From positions 1-43,755 of IMG/VR virus record IMGVR_UViG_3300012921_000051: 43,755 bases of DNA. One strand, 5' to 3'. Below, piece by piece: positions 1-9,699 of the stretch. The notes beneath the pieces are model-generated. The model worked only from the letters and a program-made list of their open reading frames with translations, did no database searches and was not told the origin of the DNA. Every line of letters starts with the position of its first letter. The first letter of the stretch is position 1. This DNA is from a virus (lineage: Duplodnaviria; Caudoviricetes). Made by a program: the position numbers and the translations under genes.

Positions 1-282
1 GTGACGGACACCCCCACCCAGACTTGGGATCGGCACTCGATCCTGGCGGAGATCAAGCGCCGATACGGCTCGCTTCGTGCCTTCGCGGAGACAACACCGC
101 TGAGCATCAAGCACTTTTCGGTCGCGCTCGGGTCACCCTATCCCAAAGCGGAGAAGTACATTTCCCGCGCCCTGAAGGTGCCCATGCACCAGCTCTGGCC
201 CGATCGCTACGACGCGAAGGGCCGCAGAATTCCTAACAGACGCAAGGCTGCCAAGGCGAGTCCGGAAAGGGACGCCGCATGA
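1..282 (+). CDS. ner: Ner/Nlp-like HTH transcriptional regulator
   Basis: WDRHSILAEIKRR...PYPKAEKYISRALKVPMHQLWPDRY matches the Ner pattern; first gene of the early operon. Confidence 0.85.
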   Translation: MTDTPTQTWDRHSILAEIKRRYGSLRAFAETTPLSIKHFSVALGSPYPKAEKYISRALKVPMHQLWPDRYDAKGRRIPNRRKAAKASPERDAA

Positions 283-488
283 GCGCGCAGGTTCTGTTCT
301 TCACGGGGATCTATCACGGCCGTCGCAAGACTATCGTGGAGTGCGTCCTGGAGGTGGCCGGACGCGACCGCGTCACCCGCGGCGCGGTCGGCGTTTCCAC
401 TGGCGTGGGAAGACCAGCGAACGTCGTTGACCTTCGCGCGCCCGCTCACTCAGCGACTGCGACATCTGCCGAAGGAGAGCGGTCGTGA
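279..488 (+). CDS. hypothetical protein
   Basis: ATGA overlap with the ner stop codon; 69 aa. Confidence 0.4.
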   Translation: MSAQVLFFTGIYHGRRKTIVECVLEVAGRDRVTRGAVGVSTGVGRPANVVDLRAPAHSATATSAEGERS

Positions 489-648
489 ACGGATCCGCGT
501 CGGCAGGAACAATCGTGCTCTCATCGACCAGCTCGTCAAGGGCAATCTCCATATGCCCGCTGTCGGCGATCGCCTTGCCGAGCAGCAGCTCGACCAGGTG
601 CTCCAGCACGATCACGCGCATTTCGAGCAGCTTCAGTTCTTCCGGCAT
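373..648 (-). CDS. hypothetical protein, antisense to early operon (91 aa)
   Basis: ATG at 648 preceded by a strong RBS (TTGGAGGAGACG-ATG); helical protein-like sequence MPEELKLLEMRVIVLEHLVELLL. Confidence 0.55.
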   Translation of the reverse strand: MPEELKLLEMRVIVLEHLVELLLGKAIADSGHMEIALDELVDESTIVPADADPFTTALLRQMSQSLSERAREGQRRSLVFPRQWKRRPRRG

Positions 649-795
649 CGTCTCCTCCAATTCGAGGTTCGAGGGGATGAGAGGTCCCGGGCGGCACGGC
701 AGCGCCGTCCGGGACCGACTGAGCGAGGCTAGCGGCAACAGAAGCCGCGCCGGAAGAGCAAATCGCACCGCATTTTTAGACATGGGAGGCCGCTC

Positions 796-1647
796 ATGAC
801 CGGTCCCTCGACATCTTCGTCCCCTATCGCTGACATCGCCCTCGACCTGATCGACGTGCGGCCCGGCCGCCGGCGGATCGACCCTGCCTGGGTGAAGACG
901 CTTGCCGAGTTGATGCGGACGCCGGCCGACTGCCAGCCGATCGAGCTGGTGGCACGCGGCGAGCGTTTCGACCTGGTGTTCGGCGGGCACAGGCTTGCGG
1001 CCGCCAAGGAAAAGGGCTGGCCGACGATCCCGGCGGCCGTCAAGTCGGCAAGCGACTTTGCCTCCGAGGCGGAAATCACGCTGCGGGAGATCACGGAAAA
1101 CCTCGCCCGGCGCGAACTCTCCGCGCTCGATCGCGCGGTTGATATCGCCAGGTGGCGTGCAGTCTACGAAGCTGCCCACGGTGCGGTCCGCAAAGGCAGA
1201 CCGTCAAAAATGCCGCAAGTTGCGGCAATTTCCGATGATCCCTCTCAGCACTTCGCCTCGACCTTCTCCGAGGCGGCGAGACGCTCGTTGGGCCTGTCCC
1301 GGGACACTGTGGAGCGCGCGATGCGCATCGCCTCGATCCCGGAGGAACTGCGCGCGCTGATAGCGCTGGATCCAATCGCCGACAACCAGTCCGAACTGCT
1401 GCAGCTCGCGGCCGAGCCCATCGAACGCCAGCGCGAGATCGTCAGGCTGCTGACCAAGATCGCGCTACCCGCGGCGAACGTCGCGGCTGCGATTGCCATC
1501 ATGGACAGCACCCCCGAGCGGCCGCGCGAGGCGGCATGGCGGGCGCTGTCGAGCAAGTTTTCCCGGCTCAAGGAAGCCGAGCAGGACCACTTCTTCGAGC
1601 TGCACGAGGCGGCGATCCGCCGCTGGCTGTCGGCGAGGCCGTCATGA
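796..1647 (+). CDS. ParB N-terminal domain protein
   Basis: LVFGGHRLAAAK and EITENLARRELS ParB motifs, followed by an HTH-like segment; RBS GGGAGG. Confidence 0.85.
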   Translation: MTGPSTSSSPIADIALDLIDVRPGRRRIDPAWVKTLAELMRTPADCQPIELVARGERFDLVFGGHRLAAAKEKGWPTIPAAVKSASDFASEAEITLREITENLARRELSALDRAVDIARWRAVYEAAHGAVRKGRPSKMPQVAAISDDPSQHFASTFSEAARRSLGLSRDTVERAMRIASIPEELRALIALDPIADNQSELLQLAAEPIERQREIVRLLTKIALPAANVAAAIAIMDSTPERPREAAWRALSSKFSRLKEAEQDHFFELHEAAIRRWLSARPS

Positions 1648-2105
1648 AGCGCCCGCGACGCGACGCGTTCACCGCGGACCTGTTCAGAGACTACCAGCCG
1701 GCGCCCGTCGTCGAGCGCTTCGAGCCGGAGGCGGTCCAGGCCTGGTCGATGTCCGGCCGGCTGTCGAAGGCTGTCAAGCTGACGATGGACGAGTCCGGCA
1801 TGTCGCGGAACGAGATCGCGGCCGAGATGACGGAGATGACGAAAGCCTCCGTCTCCAAGGCGATGCTCGACGGCTACGCCAGCCAGGCGCGCGAACAGCA
1901 CTCGATCTCCGCCGTGCGGCTGGCGGCGCTGGTGGCGATCACCGGGGATGCGCGGGCACTCAACGTGCTGCTCGCCGATGCCGGTCTGGTCGCGGTTCCG
2001 CAGAAATACGAGGCGCTGCTGCGCCGCGAGATGGCGCGCGAAGCCCGTGAGCGGGCTGCGCGCGACGAACAGGCTTTCGACGCCGAATGGAGGGCCAAGC
2101 GGTGA
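1644..2105 (+). CDS. phage regulatory / DNA transposition-associated protein
   Basis: ATGA overlap with the ParB-like gene; HTH-like MSRNEIAAEMT...VSKAMLDGYAS. Confidence 0.7.
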   Translation: MKRPRRDAFTADLFRDYQPAPVVERFEPEAVQAWSMSGRLSKAVKLTMDESGMSRNEIAAEMTEMTKASVSKAMLDGYASQAREQHSISAVRLAALVAITGDARALNVLLADAGLVAVPQKYEALLRREMAREARERAARDEQAFDAEWRAKR

Positions 2106-2227
2106 ACCATCCCTTCCAGCCTTCTGTCCATCGCCGCTCGCACGCGATGCTGATCGCCTCGACGCTGGTCGGCACCATCCTTGCCGGCGTCGCGATCACG
2201 GTCGCTTCTATCGTGGGAGGGTTCTGA
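2102..2227 (+). CDS. small membrane protein (41 aa)
   Basis: Start and stop overlap both neighbours; hydrophobic stretch MLIASTLVGTILAGVAITVASIVGGF. Confidence 0.5.
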   Translation: MNHPFQPSVHRRSHAMLIASTLVGTILAGVAITVASIVGGF

Positions 2228-2472
2228 TGCTCCGCGCTGCCATCAACCTTTTCCATTCCGGCTCCCTTGCCGCCGCTCTGTGGGGCCGGACTGCGCCTGC
2301 CATCCCTGCCCCCAGGGTGGCAGGCGCGCCGTCTTGCGAGCGCTGCCATGGCGCCGGCATCGTCTTCGACTGCGCGCACTGGCCGCGCTGCGGCTGCCCC
2401 GGCGGAGCGGTGGCGGACCATTGCCCCGGCCGGACGGTCGCCTGCAGCTGCAGGGAGCGGGCGAATGGCTGA
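2227..2472 (+). CDS. Cys-rich hypothetical protein (possible Zn finger)
   Basis: CERC, CAHWPRCGC, HC and CSC motifs; RBS GGGAGG. Confidence 0.55.
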   Translation: MLRAAINLFHSGSLAAALWGRTAPAIPAPRVAGAPSCERCHGAGIVFDCAHWPRCGCPGGAVADHCPGRTVACSCRERANG

Positions 2473-2692
2473 GAAGATCCACATCGCTAGCCAGATCGCC
2501 GAGGTTCGGCGCGAGATCGCGCTGCGCAAGAATGTCTATCCCGGTCTCGTTGCCAAGGGGAAGTTGCGCCAGTCCGAGGCGGACTTGTGCCTCGCCCGCA
2601 TGGAGGCGGTGCACGCGACGCTGATGTTCTGCTCCGAGAACGAGGCGGACATCCGCGCCTATATGGCCTCGAAGCGGGAGGCCGCATCTTGA
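2465..2692 (+). CDS. hypothetical phage protein
   Basis: MAEKIHIASQIAEVRREIALRKNVYP; RBS GGGAG; coupled to the transposase start. Confidence 0.7.
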   Translation: MAEKIHIASQIAEVRREIALRKNVYPGLVAKGKLRQSEADLCLARMEAVHATLMFCSENEADIRAYMASKREAAS

Positions 2693-4935
2693 AAGAGTGG
2701 CTGACAGCTCGCGAGATTGCGGCCGAGGCGCTGCCAGATCTGCCTGCCGACAAGAGCAATGTGCTACGGATGGCCGAGCGGGAGGGATGGGATCTCAATC
2801 CCGCCTTCGCGCGCGCCCGGGCAGGCCGGGGCGGCGGCATGGAATACAACGTCGCGCTGCTGCCGACGCTCGCCCAGGTGGCCTACCGGCAGAAGCACAT
2901 GCGCTTCGAGCCGCAGCCGGCCGCGCCTGCCGAAGCGGCAGCCGATGACGGGATGACCGATCGGGCGAAGCTGGAGCGCGATGCGCGGCTGGCGATCGTG
3001 GCGGCGTATCAGCGGTTCACGAAGACGCTGCGCCTCGGGCACGCGACCCACCTGCAGGTGTTCACCGACAAGTACAATGTCGGCTCGATCGACGTGCCCG
3101 AGTGGGTGCGGACCTCCGTCCCGTCGTTGTCCAAGCGGTCACTGGTGCGCTGGATCTCGGCGAAGCGCGACGGACGCAGCGCCGCGCTCGGGGTCGACCG
3201 CTCGCTTGCTCGCAAGGGCACCGGCGTCCTGGATCGAGCCAACGGCGGCAAGGTGCGCGCTTACATGCTGGCGCTGATCGCGCACCAGCCGCACCTCTCC
3301 GGCGAAGCCGTCAGGACGCAATGCCGGGCCGAGTTCGGCGACACGATCAAGGTCATTTCAAAGGGCGTTGAAGCGGTCGTTCCGATGCCGCCGGTGCGGA
3401 CCTTCCAGCACGCTCTCAAGGCGCTGAAGGCCAACAACAAGGTCGTCCTGACGAAGCTCACCAATCCCGATCTCTACCGCTCCACGATGGCTCCCTCGGG
3501 CATCGGGATGTTGCGTCATATCACCGAGCCGAACCAGCTCTGGCAGATTGACGCCTCGCCGGTCGACGCGCTCTGCACGGACGGGCGGCACACGGTGTAT
3601 GCCTGCATCGACATTGCCACGCGGCGCGCGATTTTCAGCCTTTCGCGGACGCCACGCGCCTCGGCCGTCGCGCTGCTGGTACGCAAAGCGATCCTCGCCT
3701 GGGGCGTACCGAACACGATCAAGACTGACAACGGCTCGGACTTCGTCGCGAAAGACACCCAGCGTCTGTTCGCCTCGCTCGACGTCGAGATGGAGTTGTC
3801 GGACGCCTATTCGCCGGAACAGAAGGGCCATGTCGAGCGCGTCATACGGACCTTCCAGCACATGGTCGGGCCGCTGCTGCCCGGATATGTCGGCCATTCG
3901 GTCGCTGACCGGAAGGCGATCGAGGGACGCAAGTCCTTCGCCAAGCGGCTCGGCGAGAGCGAGGCCGAAACGTTCGGGGTCAGCCTCACTGGAGCCGAGC
4001 TGCAGCGTACCATCGACGAGTGGACCGAGCTGGTCTACCAGCATCGGCCGCATGCGGGCCTGAAGGACCGGACGCCTTTCGCCGTCGCCACGGAAGCGAC
4101 GCGGGCGATCCGGATGGTCGACGCCCGCGCGCTCGACCTGCTCTTGATGCCGGTCGCGGGCGAGAACGGGCAGCGAATCTACCGGAAGACCGGCATCCGG
4201 ATCGACGGGCTCGATTATCTCGCGCCGTCGATCATGGTCGGAACCCCCGTCTTCGTGCGGCACGACCCGAACGACCTCGGCCTGGTCTACGCCTTCAGCC
4301 AGGACGGCGGCAGGTTCCTCTCGGACGCGATCTGCGCGGCGGTGCGCGGCCTGCATCCGGCAACCTTCATCAAAGCGGCCAAGGAGATCAATCGCGAGCT
4401 GCTCGACGATGCCACCCGGCAGGTGAAGGCGGACATGAGGCGCATCGCCAAGGGTCCGACGCTGATCCGGCGGGCGCTCGATGTCGCCCGGCGCGACGCG
4501 CCGAACGTCATTGCGCTGCCAAAGCGGGAAATCGGCCATTCAACGCCGCAGATCTCGGCGGCGATCGAGGCGATGGGCGAGACGGTGCGGCCGACGAAGC
4601 CAATGGATGAGCGCACCGCCGCCGAGCATCGCCGCCTGATCGACGCGATGAAGGCGGAGGAGGAACAGCACCTCATCGAGAGCACCGAGGCCGTTGTCGC
4701 GCGCCGAATGGCCGAGGTGGAGGCCGCCCGCACCACACACCTGCCGGCCAACGTCGCCGTGCTGCCGGAATCGCCCAAGGATCGATACCGCCGCCATCTC
4801 GCCGCCCGCGAAAGGCTCGCACGCGGAGAACTGTCCGGCGTCGATGGGGTGCTGCTCGCCCGCTACGAGCAGAGCGCCGAGTTCAAGACGCAGGCCCGCA
4901 TGCACGCGGATTTCGGAGACGCCTACCTGTCCTGA
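2689..4935 (+). CDS. Mu-type DDE transposase (MuA-like)
   Basis: TTG start after GGGAGG. N-terminal KEWLTAREIA...GRGGGMEY Mu DNA-binding domain; DDE core WQIDAS / KTDNGSDF / KGHVER. Confidence 0.95.
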   Translation: MKEWLTAREIAAEALPDLPADKSNVLRMAEREGWDLNPAFARARAGRGGGMEYNVALLPTLAQVAYRQKHMRFEPQPAAPAEAAADDGMTDRAKLERDARLAIVAAYQRFTKTLRLGHATHLQVFTDKYNVGSIDVPEWVRTSVPSLSKRSLVRWISAKRDGRSAALGVDRSLARKGTGVLDRANGGKVRAYMLALIAHQPHLSGEAVRTQCRAEFGDTIKVISKGVEAVVPMPPVRTFQHALKALKANNKVVLTKLTNPDLYRSTMAPSGIGMLRHITEPNQLWQIDASPVDALCTDGRHTVYACIDIATRRAIFSLSRTPRASAVALLVRKAILAWGVPNTIKTDNGSDFVAKDTQRLFASLDVEMELSDAYSPEQKGHVERVIRTFQHMVGPLLPGYVGHSVADRKAIEGRKSFAKRLGESEAETFGVSLTGAELQRTIDEWTELVYQHRPHAGLKDRTPFAVATEATRAIRMVDARALDLLLMPVAGENGQRIYRKTGIRIDGLDYLAPSIMVGTPVFVRHDPNDLGLVYAFSQDGGRFLSDAICAAVRGLHPATFIKAAKEINRELLDDATRQVKADMRRIAKGPTLIRRALDVARRDAPNVIALPKREIGHSTPQISAAIEAMGETVRPTKPMDERTAAEHRRLIDAMKAEEEQHLIESTEAVVARRMAEVEAARTTHLPANVAVLPESPKDRYRRHLAARERLARGELSGVDGVLLARYEQSAEFKTQARMHADFGDAYLS

Positions 4936-4937
4936 CC

Positions 4938-4966
4938 AAAAGAAAACCCGGCGCCGAAACGCCGGG
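4938..4966 (-). terminator. intrinsic terminator-like hairpin, antisense orientation
   Basis: 7-bp stem CCCGGCG/CGCCGGG followed by TTTTCTTTT on the minus strand. Confidence 0.45.
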
Positions 4967-5005
4967 CAAGGAACGCCGCGAAAAGCGGCTGAGACGACGA
5001 GGACT

Positions 5006-5752
5006 ATGATGAACGACTACCTCAATGTCAAACCGGCACCCCTGCGCAATGTCGCTGCCTTCAGCACGTTGGTGCAGAAGATGGTGGAGCGCGACCCGGA
5101 CCTGCCGGGCCTCGCCTGCTTTTTCAGTCCGAGCGGCTGGGGCAAGAGCAAGAGCGCGGTCTACGCCGCCCACACATACCGCGCCGCCTATGTCGAATGC
5201 GGCCAGTTCACCACGGCCCGGTCCCTGCTGATCGCGATCCTGATGGAGCTTGGCGAAGCCAAGCCGCGGGGGTCGGTCGAGGACATGAAGAACCGGGCCA
5301 TCATGATCATGGCGTCAGACCCGCGCCGCCCGCTGATCGTCGACGAGGCGCATTTCGTCGCGTCGAAGCGCTTCGTCGACGTATTGCGCGAACTCTCGGA
5401 CAAGTCCGGCGCGCCCGTCATCCTGATCGGCGAGGAGACCTTGCCGGCCGCCCTAGAGACCTTCGAGCGGGTCCACAATCGGGTGCTCGAATGGCTGCCG
5501 GCCGAGCCTTGCGACGAGGGGGATTTCGCGCAGCTCGCGGCGGTCCGCTGCAAGGGGATCAGGATCGCTCCGGATCTCGCGGCCGCGATCCTGAAGGTCA
5601 CCCGCGGCAATACACGGCGCGTCGTCGTCAATCTCGCCGCTATCCGCGAGATTTGGCGGACCAGCGGGGTGGACGTGGTCGATCTCGCCACTTTCGGCGG
5701 GATCGAGGCGATCGTCGGCCCGAAGACGCATGCGGCGCGAAGGGATTACTGA
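5006..5752 (+). CDS. AAA+ transposition ATPase (MuB-like)
   Basis: Walker A SPSGWGKS, Walker B LIVDEA; directly after the transposase. Confidence 0.92.
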   Translation: MMNDYLNVKPAPLRNVAAFSTLVQKMVERDPDLPGLACFFSPSGWGKSKSAVYAAHTYRAAYVECGQFTTARSLLIAILMELGEAKPRGSVEDMKNRAIMIMASDPRRPLIVDEAHFVASKRFVDVLRELSDKSGAPVILIGEETLPAALETFERVHNRVLEWLPAEPCDEGDFAQLAAVRCKGIRIAPDLAAAILKVTRGNTRRVVVNLAAIREIWRTSGVDVVDLATFGGIEAIVGPKTHAARRDY

Positions 5753-6369
5753 TGCCGCGCTATACCTATCTCGAATTCCTGCAGGTCAAGGCGGAAGTGC
5801 CGCGCGGCAACGACGGCATCTGGTCCGTTATTCTCGACCTCGACCAAGCCGGTCCGTGGACCGCGCGGGACGTCACGCAGCAAACCAACGTCAATGCCGG
5901 AACACCACGCGACTATATCCGCTGCCTCAGTGCGGCAGGCATCGTCGTGGTGGTCGGATCGCGCCGGACGGGCGGCAAGAACCCGCAAGACGCCCCGCTT
6001 TACCGCCTGACACGCCGACCGATCGAAGCGCCCCGGGTGCGTCGCGACGGCAGCCTCATTCCCGAGGCGGCGAACGAGACGCTCTGGCGAACGATGAAGA
6101 TGCTCAAGGTCTTCACCGCGTCGGAACTCGCCGACTTCGCCTGCAGCGAGGGCCGGACCATGAACCGGAACTACGCGCACAGCTTCGCCAATGCGCTCGT
6201 CCATGCAGGTGTGCTCGTGAAGGTTCCGAGCAAGACAAGGGACACGCGTTACCGGCTCATCCGCAATGTCGGCGCGCGGGCGCCGAAGATCCTGCAGACG
6301 CGCCTCGTCCTCGACCCGAACACCAACACGGTGATCGGCAGGGCGGTCGCCCGCGAGGTGTCGCGATGA
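5752..6369 (+). CDS. hypothetical protein with two wHTH-like repeats
   Basis: Coupled to B; repeated WT/FT-A..DV/EL...L..AG..V...YRL units. Confidence 0.75.
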   Translation: MPRYTYLEFLQVKAEVPRGNDGIWSVILDLDQAGPWTARDVTQQTNVNAGTPRDYIRCLSAAGIVVVVGSRRTGGKNPQDAPLYRLTRRPIEAPRVRRDGSLIPEAANETLWRTMKMLKVFTASELADFACSEGRTMNRNYAHSFANALVHAGVLVKVPSKTRDTRYRLIRNVGARAPKILQTRLVLDPNTNTVIGRAVAREVSR

Positions 6370-6773
6370 ACCGCGGACCGCAGAAGAACAGCCGCCCCTC
6401 CGGCGCGAGCTTCGCCGAGAAGGCGATCCTCGCCTGGGGCGAGCCGCTGCCGGACTGGGTGGCGGCACTGGCCGAACTCGCTGACAGGGAAGGGCTGGCG
6501 GGAGCCGAGAAGAAGATCGGCTACAGCCGGTCGGCGGTCTCGACGGTGCTGTCCGCGAAGTATCGCGGCGACATGGACCGCGTCGCCGACATGGTCCGCG
6601 GCGCGCTGCTGTCGGCGACCGTCGACTGTCCGGTGCTGGGCGAGATCGGCCGCGATCGCTGCCTGACCGAACAGAAGGAGCCGTTCCGCGCCACGTCGCG
6701 GTTCCGCACCCAGCTTTTCCACGCCTGCAAGACCTGCGCGAACGCGCGGCAGAACAATGAAGGAGTCGAGTGA
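6366..6773 (+). CDS. HTH transcriptional regulator with Cys cluster
   Basis: KKIGYSRSAVSTVLSAKYRGD HTH; CPVLGEI...C...CKTC. Confidence 0.75.
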   Translation: MNRGPQKNSRPSGASFAEKAILAWGEPLPDWVAALAELADREGLAGAEKKIGYSRSAVSTVLSAKYRGDMDRVADMVRGALLSATVDCPVLGEIGRDRCLTEQKEPFRATSRFRTQLFHACKTCANARQNNEGVE

Positions 6774-7090
6774 TGTCCATGAGTTACGACCTTTCCGATG
6801 GGCTGATGATCCTGCGGCGCTGGCTCGCCGAGTATGAGGGCACCGGTGTCACGCTGTCCGGCGAGGACGTGCGCGAACTGCGCAAGCAACTCCAGCCGCT
6901 CACGACAATGGCCCGACAGATGGAGCATGAGCTCTCGCGCCATCTCTGGAACGAGCGGGCGCGGTCCGATCTGCGCCGGCTGGCCGAACAGGAGGATGCC
7001 GTCGTTGCCGAGGCCGCGCGGCCTGGCACGAACCTGCGGCTGCTGTCGCGCACGGGCGTCCCGTTCACGGACGGGAGACCGCGGGCATGA
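6773..7090 (+). CDS. hypothetical protein
   Basis: RBS AGGAG; overlapping start and stop. Confidence 0.65.
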   Translation: MSMSYDLSDGLMILRRWLAEYEGTGVTLSGEDVRELRKQLQPLTTMARQMEHELSRHLWNERARSDLRRLAEQEDAVVAEAARPGTNLRLLSRTGVPFTDGRPRA

Positions 7091-7365
7091 TCGGCCAAGA
7101 GATCTCGGCGCGCATCGAGCCGATCGTCCAGCAGCTGGTCGACAAGGAAGTCGCCCGGCTGATGGAACCGATCGTCCGGCGCCGGACGGCGGCGGAGGTG
7201 GCAAACGACGAGATCATGTCGGCGGCGCGCGCGGTGGGCGAGCTCACCGACCGGCTGCTCCAGGCCCGCTATGCCGGGCAGGGCGAGATCACGGCGCGCA
7301 AGAAGCTGTTCATCGCCAATCTCAAGCTCGCCACCGTGATGCGCCGGCACGGGAGGCTCAAGTGA
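7087..7365 (+). CDS. hypothetical protein
   Basis: ATGA overlap; helical 92-aa ORF. Confidence 0.65.
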   Translation: MIGQEISARIEPIVQQLVDKEVARLMEPIVRRRTAAEVANDEIMSAARAVGELTDRLLQARYAGQGEITARKKLFIANLKLATVMRRHGRLK

Positions 7366-7676
7366 CGAAGCTGTTCGAGCAGGCCGCCCAGGTCGACATC
7401 CTCGACGCCGCCGGCCGTCTGATCGCGGATCCGGAACGGGCGGTGGTGAGCCGCGCGGCGATCGTGGCGATGGCGCAGCTCGTCGAGCGCGCCTGGGAGA
7501 TCTGCATCGAAGCCGACCTGCTCGCGCGGGCACTTGAGCTGCCGATCACCGGCGGCGACGACCACGACGCCGCGCGAGACTACGCGATCGCCACCCAGGC
7601 GCAGCGCGTCCGAACCCTCATGGCCGCGCTAAGCGGCACAACCCAGGAGAAAACCGATGGAAGCAGTCATCCTTGA
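7362..7676 (+). CDS. hypothetical protein
   Basis: GTGA overlap; RBS GGGAGG. Confidence 0.6.
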   Translation: MTKLFEQAAQVDILDAAGRLIADPERAVVSRAAIVAMAQLVERAWEICIEADLLARALELPITGGDDHDAARDYAIATQAQRVRTLMAALSGTTQEKTDGSSHP

Positions 7677-8310
7677 AGAACGCCCGATGACCGGAGAGGT
7701 CATGGTCAGCGGCAAGGCCTATATGCCCGACGCAAAGGGCAACCTTGTCCCGGTCGAAACCATCAAGGCCGCGGACAAGCTCGAAGACGAGACGGTGCGG
7801 AAGATCTTCGGCTACGCCGACGAGCTGTCGGCGCAGGTGACCCGGTTCAAGCTTCACACGTTCGACGATCTCGAAGCCTTCGAGGCGCTGTTGGCCCAGG
7901 AATACGGCTCTGCGAAGGGCGGGGCGAAGGGCAACAAGACATTCATGACCTTCGACGGGTTGAAGAAGGTGCAGGTGCAGGTCGCCGACACGATCGATTT
8001 CGGGGCGCAGCTGCAGATCGCCAAGGGCCTGGTGGACGAATGCCTGACCGAGTGGGCCTCCGACGCCAGGCCGGAGATCCGGGCGATCGTGACGCGGGCG
8101 TTCAACACCGACAAGGAAGGCCAGATCAACCGCGCCGAGATCTTCATGCTGCTGCGGCTCGACATCGAGGACGCGCGCTGGAAGCGGGCGATGGACGCGA
8201 TCCGCGACGCCATGCGGGTCGTCGGATCGAGGATCTACGTCCGGTTCTACAAGCGCGCCGACCATAAGGCCCGCTGGGAGCCCGTCACGATCGACATGGC
8301 CAAGGCCTGA
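7657..8310 (+). CDS. DUF3164 family protein of Mu-like phages
   Basis: YMPDAKGNLVP, GGAKGNKT, AFNTDKEGQIN and W.RAMDAIRDA motifs. Confidence 0.85.
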   Translation: MEAVILEERPMTGEVMVSGKAYMPDAKGNLVPVETIKAADKLEDETVRKIFGYADELSAQVTRFKLHTFDDLEAFEALLAQEYGSAKGGAKGNKTFMTFDGLKKVQVQVADTIDFGAQLQIAKGLVDECLTEWASDARPEIRAIVTRAFNTDKEGQINRAEIFMLLRLDIEDARWKRAMDAIRDAMRVVGSRIYVRFYKRADHKARWEPVTIDMAKA

Positions 8311-8320
8311 GGAGGCGGGG

Positions 8321-8578
8321 ATGACGGGCAAGGACGAAGAAGCCTTTCGTCGCGGCATCACCGTTGGCTGCGCGATGTCGATCGCCCACATGCTGCGTTC
8401 CGGCGCCGAGACCTGCGCGGAGGAGTGGTGGCAGGCCTGCGGCTTGTCAATGGCCGAACTCGAGTGGGCGGTCGTCGACGATTACGACCTCGAGCCGATC
8501 CGTCAGGCCGGCCTTGAGCCCGACCCGATCAACCTCGCCGGCTCCGGCCCGACGCCGATCGCGGCGCGGGAGGGCTGA
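8321..8578 (+). CDS. hypothetical protein
   Basis: RBS GAGGAGG; fills the operon gap. Confidence 0.6.
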   Translation: MTGKDEEAFRRGITVGCAMSIAHMLRSGAETCAEEWWQACGLSMAELEWAVVDDYDLEPIRQAGLEPDPINLAGSGPTPIAAREG

Positions 8579-8581
8579 GCT

Positions 8582-9271
8582 ATGAGCGAGGCCCAGCGCA
8601 AGTTGAAGGACCGTATCCGCCGCCTGCGAGAGCTGACGGAGGAGCGCGGCTGTACCGAGGCAGAAGCGCTGGCCGCAGCTGAGAAGGCGGCGCAGCTCAT
8701 GCGCGATCACGGCCTATCCGACGCCGATATCGTGATGGACGAGCAGTCGTCGTCGACGAAGAACAAGGGCGGAGGTCAGAAGGCCCGGCTGTGGCCGGTG
8801 ATCGCCCATTGCACGAACACAGCATCGATCGTCATCACGCGGCGGGACGGAGCCGACGTAGCATTCATCGGCCGTGAACCAGGTCCAGAGATCGCGGTCT
8901 ATCTTCGCGATGTGTGCGAGCGCGCAATCGACCGTGAGCTGCGGCGCTTCAAACTCACCAAGCTTTACCGCCGTCAGCGCAAGCCCTCATCGCGAAGAGA
9001 GACGGCCGCTGCCTTCGTCGCCGGTATGGTTGATCGGCTGTCGCGGCGACTTATCGACGTGTTCGGCCCCTCGACTTCTGCCGAGGCGCGGGGCGAGGCC
9101 GACCGTGCACTGGCCGAGCGCTATAACGCCGTCGATCTCCCCCGACCGAAAGCTCCGCAGGGCCGGTGGGACGCTCAGGACGCAGGCTCCAGGGCTGGCG
9201 ATGCGGTGACGCTCTCCCATGGAGTGGGCGGCGCGGCAAACGAACCTCTTCAGATCGGAGCGCGAACATGA
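8582..9271 (+). CDS. DUF2786-domain protein
   Basis: N-terminal RIRRL...TEAEALAAAEKAAQLMRDHGL motif. Confidence 0.8.
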   Translation: MSEAQRKLKDRIRRLRELTEERGCTEAEALAAAEKAAQLMRDHGLSDADIVMDEQSSSTKNKGGGQKARLWPVIAHCTNTASIVITRRDGADVAFIGREPGPEIAVYLRDVCERAIDRELRRFKLTKLYRRQRKPSSRRETAAAFVAGMVDRLSRRLIDVFGPSTSAEARGEADRALAERYNAVDLPRPKAPQGRWDAQDAGSRAGDAVTLSHGVGGAANEPLQIGART

Positions 9272-9699
9272 GCGCGGACGTGATCACGATCGCCGACGCG
9301 CGGCAGCTGCTTGGCCGACCCGAGGCGGCATGCATCGCGGACGACGGGGCCGGCGGCACCCTCTATCTCTTCCGAGCGGTCTACTATGTCTCCGGCGAGC
9401 CTCACGATCTCGAATTGTGGGCCTATGACCGGCAGGACGCCGAGTTCCGGATCCTGTCGATGCGGGCAAGCGCCGAGCTCGCTGAGCAGCAGTTCATCCG
9501 GCCGTCCGCGCCCGAGCCAGCAACCGAGGCAGCCGTGAGCACGCTTGAGCACCAACTGGCGCTCTGCCTGGCCGAATGCATCGACACGACGCTGATGTTG
9601 GTGACGGAGGACGGGCGTCCGGTCGGCCTCCGCCTCGGCTCCTTCCTGCCGGACCTCGCCGACCGGGCGGCCGGCCTTTGTGAGGAGGCGGGTGTCTAA
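9268..9699 (+). CDS. hypothetical protein
   Basis: ATGA overlap; in operon. Confidence 0.6.
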   Translation: MSADVITIADARQLLGRPEAACIADDGAGGTLYLFRAVYYVSGEPHDLELWAYDRQDAEFRILSMRASAELAEQQFIRPSAPEPATEAAVSTLEHQLALCLAECIDTTLMLVTEDGRPVGLRLGSFLPDLADRAAGLCEEAGV

